Source of the DNA: Nemertoderma westbladi
Lineage: Eukaryota; Animalia; Xenacoelomorpha
NCBI GenBank assembly: GCA_032718475.1
Contig: JAUCBJ010006798.1
Location: forward strand, 1-64,000
Direction of reading: 5' to 3'
DNA length: 64,000 bases
Shown: positions 62,862-64,000 of the stretch, one piece after another
How the letters are laid out: each line of letters opens with the position of its first letter
How positions within the stretch are numbered: the first letter of the stretch is position 1
Program-made: the position numbers and the translations under genes
The notes under the pieces: model-generated
Told to the model about the DNA's origin: nothing
The model's database searches: none
The model's input: the letters and a program-made list of their open reading frames with translations, nothing else

Positions 62862-64000
62862 TGATAAACAACCGCGACCTCTATACTAACAGCAGAACTG
62901 TTGAACAGACCAATACCCGTTAATATCCTTCTGCCAACCTAATAAGTTCTCGTCTAACCAATAAGACACAAAGACTGCTCTACTGTTAAGTAAAGGGGAT
63001 CAGGAGCGTGCTATTACTAAATTGTAAGGGTTGCTAAATACAAAACCGCTACTTACCGTTAGATGGCGCTAATCTGCCGTCCACTAATATATTTTACTAA
63101 TTTTACACTACTCCTGCAAAATCGCTTGTTCCTTTCTCTACCGATCGCTCGATAGAGAGCTAACTGTTCGAATCTATGAGCCACGCGGGAATAACCAAAA
63201 CAATAAACCCGAGTCGGCTCCCTAAGCTTACTTAAGACGAGTGCGAGAGGCCTTGCACTCAGAGTATTCTTACGCCTAATTTTATCACTATTAAAGCACG
63301 CTATTACCTACGTCTTTCTAATCGCGAATACTGGAGGTTCCCTAACGTAATGTGTGAATGCGAGAATATTTAAAATATCAAAATGGTACAGTATCTGTTT
63401 CTACGTGGATAATACCACTCCGGGTCTAAAACTGCCCGCGACTGGCTTTAGGCCAGCAAAATTACTAGCGTATCGTGCGTACCGAATAGTGCGTTCTAGC
63501 TGATTGTCCGCTAATGCAAATAACCGCTCAGCGTGAATAGTTTACAGTACACTAATTATTACCTTAGCTACTCTCTGCTATGCTGCGTACTAATTCTTAA
63601 TTTTTTACTAATTAATTACAGTCACAAATATTTAACAGCGTACTAATTACTAAGAGTTCCAGAATACGTAATTCTAATTTATCACGCAACAGGTTTCGCT
63701 AGTAATAGCCTAATTTGCCGTATTACTTTGACCTAATCAATAACTAATTATTGTAACTAAGAAATAGAAATCAATCAAAGGAAAAGAGCGCCTATCTAAG
63801 CATTCGTAATCTTAGGCACACTTCAATAACACACCAATCAGCGTTAGAAATCACAGTTTACAATTGTGCAATTCACTACTCGTACTCCACACTCAACGTT
63901 ATAATACGCGCAGGCCTCTCCCGGGTACATCTAGGATTCCTAACTAACCCAATTCCTGCCCCCTAATACTAAATAGAGACAAAACCTGGATCATCAGCCC
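62862..64000 (-). repeat. 5' LTR of E (partial), noticeably diverged from the 3' LTR
   Basis: Aligns with 47104-48329 with many substitutions and indel blocks. Confidence 0.85.

Larger units (their letters stand above)
47104..64000 (-). mobile_element. BEL/Pao element E (decayed, related to B) with accessory exonuclease ORF; 5' LTR runs off the window
   Basis: LTR copies start at 47104 and 62862; gag-pol on the minus strand; PPT GGAGCGG at 49283-49289. Confidence 0.88.

Overview
AT-rich animal (probably invertebrate) genomic DNA dominated by five nested BEL/Pao LTR retrotransposons. Element A (+, 1-11269, near intact) sits inside the RT of element B (+, to ~34460). B is also interrupted by an unidentified 1.18-kb structured insert and by the non-autonomous element C (-, 15873-26623, 5-bp TSD). 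Element E (-, 47104 to beyond the window) sits inside element D (+). Between the two clusters are two host exons (fibrinogen C-terminal domain; LamG/concanavalin-like domain), a 63-65-bp minisatellite, RTE LINE fragments and a piggyBac-like non-autonomous element. Three things stand out. (1) None of the four visible primer-binding sites is tRNA-type; in A, C and D the PBS is complementary to a segment inside the element's own LTR, which suggests self-priming. (2) B and E carry an extra ORF after pol encoding a DEDD-type 3'-5' exonuclease plus CCHC knuckles, preceded by a conserved 198-nt intron. (3) B and E each carry a dispersed, family-specific hairpin with a YGYG loop at homologous positions. 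All alignments and counts were made by eye.
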